Below, piece by piece: positions 48,151-57,802 of a stretch of 64,000 nt of DNA. The notes beneath the pieces are model-generated. The model worked only from the letters and a program-made list of their open reading frames with translations, was not told where the DNA came from and did not search any database. Position numbers and translations under genes: made by a program. Each line of letters opens with the position of its first letter. The first letter of the stretch is position 1. Source of the stretch: Candidatus Omnitrophota bacterium (GTDB taxonomy: Bacteria > Omnitrophota > Gorgyraeia > Gygaellales > Profunditerraquicolaceae); assembly GCA_022710715.1 (NCBI GenBank), contig JAKLGJ010000004.1, forward strand, positions 166-64,165, given 5' to 3'.

Positions 48151-48247
48151 GAGCGGTCGTTCAAAAAAGAATAGACACCTCATTGCGGCAGCGATATAAT
48201 AATTATCTATACGTATGGCATAGTATGCCGCACATGAGGTTTTGTTC

Positions 48248-48565
48248 ATGAAAGAGACCGTAGATAAGATACTGAAGGAAGAAGCGCTGGCTAACGCCAA
48301 GCTTGAACAGGCGCGCCAGGATGGCGAGCGCATTGTGCAGCAGGCCAAGAAAGATGCGCAGGCAATTCTGGAACAGACCGTCCTGGAATCGGAAGCGCTT
48401 GCTCAAAAGCGCCGTGATGACATCTCCCAGCAGCTGCTCGCCGAAAAGGAAAAAGCACTGGCGGATATCCGGTCTCAAGTTTCCGGCCGGGCCAAAGCCA
48501 AAGAAAAGACTATCCCTGCAATCGCGCAAAGTATCTTTACCAGAGTCATAGAGATCAACCCGTAG
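48248..48565 (+). CDS. V/A-type ATPase peripheral-stalk subunit (G/H-like), coiled-coil
   Basis: 105 aa, Ala/Gln/Glu/Lys-rich coiled coil. First gene of the V-type ATPase operon. Confidence 0.5.
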   Translation: MKETVDKILKEEALANAKLEQARQDGERIVQQAKKDAQAILEQTVLESEALAQKRRDDISQQLLAEKEKALADIRSQVSGRAKAKEKTIPAIAQSIFTRVIEINP

Positions 48566-48571
48566 GCTCTC

Positions 48572-49612
48572 ATGCGTCAACTCTCAAAATATTCCTTCGC
48601 CAACGCCAAGATCCGGGCAATGCTTTCGTTTCTTCTTGACCCGGCGACGTTTACTTCGATGCTTGAAGCCGGCAATCGGGATGAAGTGATTGAGCTGTTG
48701 CGCAAAACTCCCTATGCGTATATCTTTGAAGGAGTTTCGTCCGAGAATTTCGAGATTTCCCGGATAGAACGGGCTCTTTTTCGCCATGATATCGCCTTAC
48801 ATCAAAAGCTCTTCGCCATGCTCTCCGGCCAGCCGGAAAAGGATTTTGTGACTTTGCTTCTGCAGAGATACGAGATCGAAGAGCTCAAGGTTGTCCTGCG
48901 GATCTGGCATAAAAAAGCCCCGGTCGATCTGCAAGACTATATCGTGCAGCCGGTAATCAGTTTCGATATCGATTTCAAAAAAGTGCTTGCGGCGCCCACT
49001 ATCGAAGAAATCATACTCTTACTGGATCATACCCCGTATAAAAACGCGTTAATGAACGTCCGGGAAAAATATCGGGCGCACAACGCTTCTTTTTACCTGG
49101 AAACCGGGCTGGATCTGGACTATTATAATCGTCTCAACGAAGCGATTAAGCGGTTTACCGGGGTTGACCGGGGCATAGCCGCCAGGATCCTGGGTATCGA
49201 GATCGACATCCAGAATATCAACTGGCTGGTCCGTTTGCGCAAATATTATTCTCTGGGGATCGGGGAGATGCTGGAATGGTTCATTCCCGGGGGAGCCTGG
49301 ATCGCCAAGGACCGGGTGAGGGAGCTCTACGTTTCAGACGGACTCACCAAAGTCGTGGAGAGCGTGTCCCTTGGCCCCTATGCGCGGATCAAGGAAATGG
49401 TCGAAGGGAATATGGCGGCGATGGAAGCATTTTTATATTCCTTCCTGCTCCAGGAAGTCAAAAAGGCCCTGGCGGGTTTTCCGTTCACTGTCGGCACCGT
49501 CCTGGGATATCTGGTGCTTAAACACCGGGAGACGAGAAATATCATCTCTATACTGAACGCCAAACAATTCGGCTGGGACAAGGAGCACATTCTGCCTCTG
49601 CTCAATCTATGA
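48572..49612 (+). CDS. atpC: V/A-type ATPase subunit C (eukaryotic d homolog)
   Basis: N-terminus KYSFANAKIRAMLSFLL typical of bacterial/archaeal subunit C; 346 aa. Confidence 0.8.
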   Translation: MRQLSKYSFANAKIRAMLSFLLDPATFTSMLEAGNRDEVIELLRKTPYAYIFEGVSSENFEISRIERALFRHDIALHQKLFAMLSGQPEKDFVTLLLQRYEIEELKVVLRIWHKKAPVDLQDYIVQPVISFDIDFKKVLAAPTIEEIILLLDHTPYKNALMNVREKYRAHNASFYLETGLDLDYYNRLNEAIKRFTGVDRGIAARILGIEIDIQNINWLVRLRKYYSLGIGEMLEWFIPGGAWIAKDRVRELYVSDGLTKVVESVSLGPYARIKEMVEGNMAAMEAFLYSFLLQEVKKALAGFPFTVGTVLGYLVLKHRETRNIISILNAKQFGWDKEHILPLLNL

Positions 49613-51570
49613 TTACGCCGGCGGCAATGGAACTGGTCAGTTTTGTGGTGTTACGGGAGAACGTCGAAGCGGTAGCTGCGCATCTGCTTAAACTCGGCAT
49701 TTTCCACCCGGTGGATATTCGGCATATAGAAGAGAAGCTGCACGGTCTTTCGCTTTTTGAAATAGAGAAAGAAAACAACGACTGGAGCGCTGTCCAGACG
49801 CGGGTCAGGGATGTGGCCCGGAAGTTGCGGCTCGATCTCTATTCCGTTTTCGACCAGCCGGTCCCGGCGTCCTCGGTCAAAGACATTGAGGACGCGGTTG
49901 ATTCGCTGGAGAAGAAAGTCAATCCCCTCCTGGAAGAAAAAGAAGCGATTAGCCGTCAGATCGAAACGGACCAATCCATTCTGTCGCATGTAAACGAATC
50001 TATGCCGCCGGGGTTGCAGAGGAACGCGCTGTATTCTTTCCTGGATGTTTCAACCGGGAAGATGGAAGAGAAGAATCTGGTTGTGCTTGAACGCAGCCTC
50101 GCGGATATCCCGCACGTCATCTATCCGTTCCGCAAGGAAGTTCCGGGGAAAATTTCGGTCATGGTGATGGGGTTGCGTCGCGACCGTGTGCTTATCGATA
50201 AAGTGCTGCGCGATGTGGCCTGGGAAGCGGCGGATTATTCCAGCGAAGGGCAGGGGTTAAGCCAGGCGGCCCAGGAGAAGCTCACGCAGCAGATAGCGAA
50301 CGGCCGGCAAAAGATGGTTGAACTGCAGCAGCGTATCGCCGCGCTCGGCCAGGAACATGCGCAGCAGCTCCAGAAGTTTTTGTCTTTTATCACGCTGAAG
50401 AAATCGCTGCTGGAAGCGCAGCGGTATTCCTGCACGACGGAAAAGACCGCGCTTTTTTCCGGCTGGGTCCCCCGGGCGGATAAAGAGCGGGTTGTCCGCG
50501 AGATCAAGGCGGTGGCCGGCGCGTCTTACGTGGAAAGTAAGTCCGCAGAGCAGTCCGGGGTGCCGCAGGAAGAAGTTCCGGTGCGTTTTCAGCATAACGC
50601 GACTCTCAAGCCGTTCGAGATGCTTATCGAAGCGTATGGCGTTCCGCGCTACGGAACGGTGGACCCGACACTGTTCGTGGCCATCAGTTTTCTCTTGATG
50701 TTCGGGGCGATGTTCGGCGACCTGGGGCATGGTCTGGTACTGGTGTGTATCGGTTTGCTGATCGCGGTACCGTCATTCAACAGGTTGCTCAAGCCATTCC
50801 TTAAGGCCGGGCCGGTATCCGAGGGAGGCCGGCGTTTCGGGACGTTGATTCTGTATTGCGGGATCAGTTCGAGTGTTTTCGGCGTTCTGTACGGCAGTTT
50901 CTTCGGGTTCGAGTTTCCCTCTCTCTGGATCAAACCCATGGAAAATGTGATGGAAGCGTTCAGAGTGGGGATCGGGTTCGGGGTTATCATGATCTCTCTG
51001 GGGATTGTCATCAATGTGTTCAACGCTTTCCGGGATAAAGATTATGCCAAAGCGTTTTTTGATAAGGCGGGGCTGGTGGTGGGATTGCTTTACTGGGCGG
51101 GTATCGGTCTGGTGAGCAAGATCCTGTCCGCCCAGCAGAAGATCAATCCTCTTTATTTTTATCTGGTGTTCGGCAGCATCCTGGTGCTCTTTCTTTTTCC
51201 TATTGTCGAAAACATTCTTTTCAAGAAGCACGCGAGCTTGATTGAGGCGTTCTTTGAAAGCATCGTGAACATGCTCGAGATCTTCATGGGATATTTGTCC
51301 AACACCGTATCTTTTATCCGCGTGGCGGCTTTCGCTCTGGCGCACACCGGTCTCTTCCTGGCGATTTTCGGGCTTTCACACGCGACGGAGTCCAGCGGGA
51401 ACCTGGGTTCGGCGCTGGCCTGGTTGATCATCATCGGAGGCAATATCCTGGTGGTCTGTCTGGAAGGGCTGGTGGTAAGCATACAGTCGATCAGGCTTAA
51501 TTACTATGAGTTCTTCTCAAAATTTTTCATCGCGGGCAAACAGATGTATAAACCGCTTTCGTTGACATAA
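49609..51570 (+). CDS. atpI: V/A-type ATPase subunit I (a-subunit homolog, membrane)
   Basis: Soluble N-terminal ~330 aa plus a C-terminal multi-transmembrane domain with the conserved Arg region (SFIRVAAFALAH). Confidence 0.85.
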   Translation: MITPAAMELVSFVVLRENVEAVAAHLLKLGIFHPVDIRHIEEKLHGLSLFEIEKENNDWSAVQTRVRDVARKLRLDLYSVFDQPVPASSVKDIEDAVDSLEKKVNPLLEEKEAISRQIETDQSILSHVNESMPPGLQRNALYSFLDVSTGKMEEKNLVVLERSLADIPHVIYPFRKEVPGKISVMVMGLRRDRVLIDKVLRDVAWEAADYSSEGQGLSQAAQEKLTQQIANGRQKMVELQQRIAALGQEHAQQLQKFLSFITLKKSLLEAQRYSCTTEKTALFSGWVPRADKERVVREIKAVAGASYVESKSAEQSGVPQEEVPVRFQHNATLKPFEMLIEAYGVPRYGTVDPTLFVAISFLLMFGAMFGDLGHGLVLVCIGLLIAVPSFNRLLKPFLKAGPVSEGGRRFGTLILYCGISSSVFGVLYGSFFGFEFPSLWIKPMENVMEAFRVGIGFGVIMISLGIVINVFNAFRDKDYAKAFFDKAGLVVGLLYWAGIGLVSKILSAQQKINPLYFYLVFGSILVLFLFPIVENILFKKHASLIEAFFESIVNMLEIFMGYLSNTVSFIRVAAFALAHTGLFLAIFGLSHATESSGNLGSALAWLIIIGGNILVVCLEGLVVSIQSIRLNYYEFFSKFFIAGKQMYKPLSLT

Positions 51571-51613
51571 TCGGATTAATAGAAATGCATAATCAAAAAT
51601 AAGGAGGGTGCGC

Positions 51614-51949
51614 ATGAAAGTAACCAAGAGAGGTGCGGGCGTAGTTTTATTGACACTCATCATGCTGGCGGTGGCGTTGTGCGGTATCGCCTGCGCGCAG
51701 GAAGCGCAATCCACGGCGATGGCTAAGGATCCGCAGCTTGCGCGCTGGGCGTTTATCGCCGCGGCGTTATCCACCGGGTTAAGCGCCCTGGCCGGCGGTA
51801 TTGCCGTTGCCTACGTGGGATCGGCTGCGGTAGGAGCGGTGAGCGAAAAACCGGAAGTATCCGGCAAGGTGCTGTTGTACGTAGGGTTAGCCGAAGGTAT
51901 TGCTATTTACGGGTTGATCATCGCCATTATGATACTTATCAAGGTGTAA
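51614..51949 (+). CDS. atpK: V/A-type ATPase proteolipid subunit K (c ring)
   Basis: Two-hairpin proteolipid with GLAEGIAIYGLIIAIMIL. AAGGAGGG SD. Confidence 0.9.
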   Translation: MKVTKRGAGVVLLTLIMLAVALCGIACAQEAQSTAMAKDPQLARWAFIAAALSTGLSALAGGIAVAYVGSAAVGAVSEKPEVSGKVLLYVGLAEGIAIYGLIIAIMILIKV

Positions 51950-51954
51950 GCTCG

Positions 51955-52257
51955 ATGAATTTTTTCTGTATCGCGGATAAGGCAAGCAGCCTGGGATTCA
52001 AGCTGGCCGGAGTCGAAACCAGGGAAGTCGGCACCCGGCAGGAAGCCATGGAGGCCTTGCAGGTCGCCCGGGCCACCAAAGATACCGGGATCATCCTGAT
52101 TACCGAAAAGGCCGCTGCTCTGATCAAAGCGGAGATTGCCGATCATATTGTCGAAGATCCGATCCCTTTGATTATTGAAATTCCATCGTCAGGGTCGCTG
52201 CAAAAACGCACGAGCGCCGGCGAATTGCTCAAACAACTTGTTGGCATAGGGATGTGA
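51955..52257 (+). CDS. atpF: V/A-type ATPase subunit F
   Basis: IADKASSLGFKLAGVE motif; 100 aa. Confidence 0.8.
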   Translation: MNFFCIADKASSLGFKLAGVETREVGTRQEAMEALQVARATKDTGIILITEKAAALIKAEIADHIVEDPIPLIIEIPSSGSLQKRTSAGELLKQLVGIGM

Positions 52258-52258
52258 T

Positions 52259-52900
52259 ATGGATAAAACCATTTTAAGTCAGGTGAATGCGGAGAACGCG
52301 GAGGTGATTTGCGCGAAGATCCGCGAAGAAACCGATTCCGAAGTCAATGCCATCCTGGGGAGGGCGCAGAGCCAGGCGCAGCAAATTCTACAGGAAGCCC
52401 GGGCGCAGGCAGCTCAAAAACAGGCAACGCAGTTGACGATCCTGGAGAAAGATCTGGAGAAGACCAGGGAAAAGGCGCATTCCTCTTTGAGCCTGGAAAA
52501 GAAACGTTTTACTCTGGAAGGCAAGAATACCGTGGTGCTCTCCGTGCTGGAACTGGTCAAGCATAAAGCCGATGATTTTCGCCGCAGCGCCGGTTACGGC
52601 GACTTCCTTCAGAAAGCCATTGTGGAGGGGGCGCAGGTCATCGAGCAGCAGGATCTGGAAATCAGGTTTTCCTATAAAGATGAGCGCCTGTTCGATGAAA
52701 AGTTCATTGCGCAGGTCAATGCGGCGTGCGCCGCTGTCGTATCGGGCGGTTGTTCGCTGCGCGTGCGTAAAGAAGAATTCGGGGATATCGGGGTGATCGT
52801 CAGTTCCCGGGACGGGCGCATGATGTTCGATAACCGCTTTACCGCCCGGCTGGAACGCATGTATGAAAGTATTTATATGGATTTATTAAGAGAGGCGTAA
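52259..52900 (+). CDS. atpE: V/A-type ATPase subunit E
   Basis: Long N-terminal helix and C-terminal globular domain; 213 aa. Position between subunits F and A. Confidence 0.7.
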   Translation: MDKTILSQVNAENAEVICAKIREETDSEVNAILGRAQSQAQQILQEARAQAAQKQATQLTILEKDLEKTREKAHSSLSLEKKRFTLEGKNTVVLSVLELVKHKADDFRRSAGYGDFLQKAIVEGAQVIEQQDLEIRFSYKDERLFDEKFIAQVNAACAAVVSGGCSLRVRKEEFGDIGVIVSSRDGRMMFDNRFTARLERMYESIYMDLLREA

Positions 52901-52905
52901 GCAAA

Positions 52906-54663
52906 ATGGCTCAAATTGCGGGGAAGGTATACAGGGTGGTGGGGCCGGTCGTGGAAATGGAAGAGGTGCATTCGCTGCGCATCCTGGATATGGTTGAAGT
53001 CGGCGAACATCATTTGATCGGCGAGGTGGTGCGTTTAAAAGGCGATCATGCCTACGTGCAGGTGTATGAGGATACTACTTCGGTCAAGGCCGGGGATCTG
53101 GTTTACACCGAGGGGTTCCCGCTCTTCGCGGAATTGGGCCCCGGGTTGATCGGCACCATTTATGACGGGATACAGAGACCGCTGCAGGTGATCCAGGAGA
53201 AGGAAGGAGTGTTCATCAAGCGCGGGGTGCATGTCACCGCGCTTGACCGTCAGAAGCGCTGGCATTTCGTGCCTCTGGCGAAAGACGGGGATATGCTCGC
53301 TGCGGGGGCGGTCATCGGCGAAGTCCAGGAAGCGCAGTTGATCAAACATAAGATACTCGTTCCTCCTGACGCCCAGGGTAAAGTGGTCTGGTCCGCGCGT
53401 GAGGCCGATTATACGCTCGAAGAGATCATTTGCAAACTTGAACACAACGGCCAGGTCAGGGAATTATCCATGTTCCAGCGCTGGCCGGTGCGCAAGCCCC
53501 GTCCGTATAAAGAGCGCTTGCCTATCGCCGAACCCCTGATTACCGGTCAGCGCGTGATCGATACGCTCTTCCCCATCGGCAAAGGCGGATGCGTGGCGGT
53601 GCCCGGCGGATTCGGGACAGGGAAAACCGTGATCCAGCATCAAGTGGCCAAATGGTCCGATGCGGATATCGTTATCTATGTCGGCTGCGGGGAGCGCGGC
53701 AACGAAATGACCGACGTGCTGCTTAATTTTCCCCGGTTGATCGACCCGCGCACCCAGAGACCGCTCTCGGAACGCACGATCTTCATCGCCAATACTTCGA
53801 ACATGCCTGTTGCTGCCCGCGAGGCCAGTATTTATACCGGGATCACCATGGCGGAGTATTATCGCGATATGGGATATAATGTCGCATTGATGGCGGATTC
53901 CACTTCGCGCTGGGCGGAAGCGCTGCGCGAATTATCCGGCCGACTGGAAGAAATGCCTCTGGAAGAAGGATTCCCGGCGTATCTGCCGTCGCGGCTGGCG
54001 GAGTTCTACGAACGCGCGGGGAAAGTGACCACGCTGCAGTCCGTCACCGGCTCGATCAGTATTATCGCCGCAGTATCGCCGCAGGGAGGCGATTTTTCCG
54101 AGCCGGTCACATCGCATACCAAGCGGTTTATCCGTTGTTTCTGGGCGCTTGATCGCGATCTGGCCAACGCGCGTCATTACCCGTCGATCTCCTGGATAGA
54201 CAGCTATTCCGAATATCTCGACGACATCAAAGACTGGTGGCATACCCATATAGATAAACAATGGCTGGAGTTGCGTTTCGCCATCATGGAACTGCTGCAG
54301 AAAGAGCAGCGTCTTCTGCAGGTGGTCAAACTGGTCGGGCCGGATGTGTTGCCTCCTTCGCAGAGACTGGTGCTGGAGGTCTGCTCGATTTTCAAGAATG
54401 CTTTTCTCCAGCAGACTTCTTACGACAAGATAGACACGTATTCTTCCGCGCGCAAGCAGTTCCTCATGCTCAAGGCGATCATGTATTTCTACCGCCGCAG
54501 CGATGAGCTGGTTCGCAAAGGGATCAGCGTTCAGGAAGTGAAGGAAACGACCGCGCACGCGGAGTTGATGCGCATGAAACTGACGTACACGGAAAACGAT
54601 ATCAATAAGCTCGAGCAGTTGACCGGGACAATAGAGGAATCCTTGAACACGCTGGATTTCTAA
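52906..54663 (+). CDS. atpA: V/A-type ATPase catalytic subunit A
   Basis: GGFGTGKTV P-loop, the non-homologous insert region and the conserved GER...E motifs; 585 aa. Confidence 0.95.
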   Translation: MAQIAGKVYRVVGPVVEMEEVHSLRILDMVEVGEHHLIGEVVRLKGDHAYVQVYEDTTSVKAGDLVYTEGFPLFAELGPGLIGTIYDGIQRPLQVIQEKEGVFIKRGVHVTALDRQKRWHFVPLAKDGDMLAAGAVIGEVQEAQLIKHKILVPPDAQGKVVWSAREADYTLEEIICKLEHNGQVRELSMFQRWPVRKPRPYKERLPIAEPLITGQRVIDTLFPIGKGGCVAVPGGFGTGKTVIQHQVAKWSDADIVIYVGCGERGNEMTDVLLNFPRLIDPRTQRPLSERTIFIANTSNMPVAAREASIYTGITMAEYYRDMGYNVALMADSTSRWAEALRELSGRLEEMPLEEGFPAYLPSRLAEFYERAGKVTTLQSVTGSISIIAAVSPQGGDFSEPVTSHTKRFIRCFWALDRDLANARHYPSISWIDSYSEYLDDIKDWWHTHIDKQWLELRFAIMELLQKEQRLLQVVKLVGPDVLPPSQRLVLEVCSIFKNAFLQQTSYDKIDTYSSARKQFLMLKAIMYFYRRSDELVRKGISVQEVKETTAHAELMRMKLTYTENDINKLEQLTGTIEESLNTLDF

Positions 54664-54679
54664 GGGAGCGTTAGGGACG

Positions 54680-56065
54680 ATGAAAGGGCATAGTTTACGG
54701 GAATACGTTGGATTGGATGAAGTAGTCGGTCCGATATTCGTTATCCGCAACATCCACAATGTCGGGTACAACGAACAGGTGGAGATTGTGGATGCGGACG
54801 GTAAGAGCCGTTTGGGCATCACGCTTGAAGTGGGCAGAGGCATGGCGGTGGTCCAGGTTTTAGGCGGCACCAGCGGTCTGTCTTTGAACAACAGCCGGGT
54901 GCGGTTCCGGGAAGAACCGTTGAAGATCGGCGTTTCCGAAGAAGTCCTGGGCCGGGTTTTCGACGGTCTGGGCAATCCTCTCGACGGAATGCCGAAGCCG
55001 CTGAATGAGCACGTCCTCGACGTCAACGGACTGGCGATCAATCCCACTGCGCGGGATTATCCCCGGAATATCATCGAGACCGGGATTTCTTCTATTGACG
55101 TCATGAATACCCTGGTCCGCGGGCAGAAGCTGCCCATATTCTCCGGGAGCGGCCTTCCGCACGACATGATCGCCACGCAGATCGCCCGCCAGGCGCGGGT
55201 CAAGAGTGAGGATTTCTGCGTTGTTTTCGCAGCCATGGGCGTCAAATACGATACCGCCCGTTTTTTTATCAAAAGCTTCGAGGAATCCGGGGTCCTCGAC
55301 CGGGTAGCGATCTTCTTGAGCCTTGCCGATTCGCCGTCCATCGCGCGTATCCTGACGCCGCGCTTCGCTCTGACCTGCGCGGAATACCTCGCGTTCCAGA
55401 AGAACATGCATGTACTGGTGATCATGACCGATATGTCCAATTATTGCGAAGCTTTGCGGGAACTCTCCACTATCCGCGGCGAGATCCCGGCCAGAAAAGG
55501 GTACCCGGGTTATCTCTACAGCGACCTGGCCAGCCTCTACGAGCGCGCCGGTATGATCAAAGGGGTCAACGGGTCCATTACCCAGCTGCCCATCCTGACC
55601 ATGCCCAACGACGACATTACCCATCCCATCCCGGACCTTACCGGCTATATCACCGAGGGGCAGATCGTTCTGGAGCGGGAATTGCACAGCCGCGGAATTT
55701 ATCCTCCGGTAGCAGGTTTGCCGTCGTTGTCGCGATTGATGAAAGACAATATCGGCAAAGGCCTGACCCGCGATGATCACCCGTCTCTGTCCTCGCAGCT
55801 TTTCTCCTTTTATGCGCATGTCAAAGATATCCGCGCTTTGGCCTCGATTATCGGGGAAGAGGAACTTGCGCCGCTGGACCATCAATATCTGAAATTCGGC
55901 GATGAATTCGAAAAGAGATTCTTGACCCAGGGGTATTTTGAACGGCGCACGCTCGAAGAGGGGCTGGACCTGGGCTGGGATGTGTTATCTCTTCTGCCCC
56001 GGGACGAGCTGGTGCGTATCCGTAAAGAAGATATCGACAACCATTATAAAGCGCGCACCCCATGA
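54680..56065 (+). CDS. atpB: V/A-type ATPase subunit B
   Basis: B-subunit signature (degenerate P-loop SGSGLPHD, PGYPGYLYSDLASLYERAG). Confidence 0.95.
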   Translation: MKGHSLREYVGLDEVVGPIFVIRNIHNVGYNEQVEIVDADGKSRLGITLEVGRGMAVVQVLGGTSGLSLNNSRVRFREEPLKIGVSEEVLGRVFDGLGNPLDGMPKPLNEHVLDVNGLAINPTARDYPRNIIETGISSIDVMNTLVRGQKLPIFSGSGLPHDMIATQIARQARVKSEDFCVVFAAMGVKYDTARFFIKSFEESGVLDRVAIFLSLADSPSIARILTPRFALTCAEYLAFQKNMHVLVIMTDMSNYCEALRELSTIRGEIPARKGYPGYLYSDLASLYERAGMIKGVNGSITQLPILTMPNDDITHPIPDLTGYITEGQIVLERELHSRGIYPPVAGLPSLSRLMKDNIGKGLTRDDHPSLSSQLFSFYAHVKDIRALASIIGEEELAPLDHQYLKFGDEFEKRFLTQGYFERRTLEEGLDLGWDVLSLLPRDELVRIRKEDIDNHYKARTP

Positions 56066-56682
56066 AGATAACCATTGCCGCGACCAAGACAAACCTGTTG
56101 AAAGCGAAAAAATCGCTTTCCCTGACCCGGGAAGGGTACGAGCTACTCGACGAGAAACGCCGGATACTGATGGCGGAATTGACCGCTATTATCGACAGCG
56201 TGGATACGTTGCAGGGGCAGGTGGATACCGCTCTGCGCCAGGGGTATGAGTTCGTGAATAAAGCGGTGGTGAGCATGGGGCGGCAGCGGGTAGAGGAAAT
56301 CAGTTATGCGGTGAATATCAAAACCGAGATCGGTATTTCCCAGCGCAGGGTTATGGGGGTTTCGCTGCCGGTGATTGCCCTGCGGCTGATCGAACATCCG
56401 CCCTACTACAGTCCGCACGAGGTGAATCTTTACGTCGACGAATCGATCGTCAAGTTCAGATCGATCCTGGAATTGATCGGGCAACTGGCGGAAAAAAAGA
56501 TCGCTTTATTGCGTATGGCCCGGGAAGCGCAGAAAACCATACGCAAGGTCAACGCTCTGGAAAAAGTGTATCTGCCTTATTACAAAGACACGGTTAAATA
56601 CATCAGCGACCGGTTGGATGAGGAGTCGCGGGACAGCTTTTCGATGCTCAAGTTGATCAAGAAAGCGCAAGCGAATCAGTAG
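56062..56682 (+). CDS. atpD: V/A-type ATPase subunit D (central stalk)
   Basis: N-terminus TKTNLLKAKKSLSLTREGYELLDEKRRIL typical of subunit D. Confidence 0.85.
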   Translation: MKITIAATKTNLLKAKKSLSLTREGYELLDEKRRILMAELTAIIDSVDTLQGQVDTALRQGYEFVNKAVVSMGRQRVEEISYAVNIKTEIGISQRRVMGVSLPVIALRLIEHPPYYSPHEVNLYVDESIVKFRSILELIGQLAEKKIALLRMAREAQKTIRKVNALEKVYLPYYKDTVKYISDRLDEESRDSFSMLKLIKKAQANQ

Positions 56683-56692
56683 CGGAGGATGT

Positions 56693-57172
56693 ATGGCGAT
56701 AAGAAATATTGTGGTTTCGGTTGCCGGCGCGCCGGGTTCTCTGGTGACCGCCAAATACGCTATTGCCCTGTCCAAGCTTTTGGGCGCCAAGCTCACCGCG
56801 CTTTATGTGGTGAATGAGAAGGTTCTGCATGAATTGCTGCATACCAGGATTTTCGTCGAAGCCGAAGCGCAGGCCTATGCCCGGGATATGGAACAGCAGG
56901 GTAAGTCTTTCCTGGAGCGTTTGCAGAAAATGGCGGAGCAAAAGGGAGTCCCGTATGAAGGGTTTTTGCTCAAGGGCGTGATCAGCGACGAAGTGATCAA
57001 TAAAACTAAAGCCGTGCAGGCGGATATGCTGGTTATAGGAGAATTGCGGGAGGTCACGTCTGTTTCGCAGCTTTTTTATGACGAGGGTGAGCGCATCTTC
57101 CGTAAAAGCCACTGTCCGGTGGTGATGGTGCGGGACCAGGCCATGGTGGAAGCGCTTTTCAAGGAGATCTGA
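56693..57172 (+). CDS. Universal stress protein (UspA family)
   Basis: Usp alpha/beta fold with the C-terminal G...G(9)G(S/T) ATP-binding-like region. Confidence 0.85.
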   Translation: MAIRNIVVSVAGAPGSLVTAKYAIALSKLLGAKLTALYVVNEKVLHELLHTRIFVEAEAQAYARDMEQQGKSFLERLQKMAEQKGVPYEGFLLKGVISDEVINKTKAVQADMLVIGELREVTSVSQLFYDEGERIFRKSHCPVVMVRDQAMVEALFKEI

Positions 57173-57176
57173 TCGG

Positions 57177-57653
57177 ATGCAACTTTCCGAATGTCTTCAA
57201 CGGGAGCATTGTCTGATGCGCCTGACGGCAACGACGAAAGAGGCGGCGATCGCCGAATTGACCGGCACGCTCGCAGCTTCAGGCCTGGTGAAAGATCAGC
57301 CGGAGCTTATCCGTCGCATCCTTGACCGGGAGAAGCTGGGTTCTACCGGGATAGGGAACCAGGTGGCGATTCCGCATGCGCCGACGCCGGCGGTATCCGG
57401 ACTGGTCATTGCCTTCGGACGCAGCGAGCAGGGGATCGATTTTAACGCTCTTGACGGTCAGGAAGTCCGGCAGATTTTTCTCATCGGCAGCAATCCCCGG
57501 GATTTGAACGTATATCTGCATCTGCTGGCCCGGCTTTCCAAATTGCTCAACGACAAATTCTTCCGGCATGAGTTTACGCGGGCCCGGACAGCGGATGAGC
57601 TGCTGGCGGTAATAAAAAAACACGAAAAATCAGCTTTAGCGGTTACCAAATAG
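57177..57653 (+). CDS. ptsN: PTS EIIA type-2 domain protein (PtsN / EIIA-Ntr-like)
   Basis: GIGNQVAIPHA active-site His motif. Confidence 0.75.
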   Translation: MQLSECLQREHCLMRLTATTKEAAIAELTGTLAASGLVKDQPELIRRILDREKLGSTGIGNQVAIPHAPTPAVSGLVIAFGRSEQGIDFNALDGQEVRQIFLIGSNPRDLNVYLHLLARLSKLLNDKFFRHEFTRARTADELLAVIKKHEKSALAVTK

Positions 57654-57736
57654 CCGGTTGCTTTACTTGTATCAGGTAGAGAGTACAACGCAGGGATTAA
57701 GCACACGGTAGTGCGGTAATGTGAGTAACGAACAGA

Positions 57737-57788
57737 GATGTTCATGAAGGTCGCTTGAATGCGATCTCTCGTGAACGTCTTTTTTTTT
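57737..57788 (+). promoter_or_regulatory. Terminator-like leader hairpin (GATGTTCA-N27-TGAACGTC + 9-U tract) ending 2 nt before the glnN SD
   Basis: 8-bp stem with one G-U pair. The U-tract is followed directly by CAGGAGG and then the ATG at 57803. Confidence 0.45.
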
Positions 57789-57802
57789 CAGGAGGCGCAA
57801 CC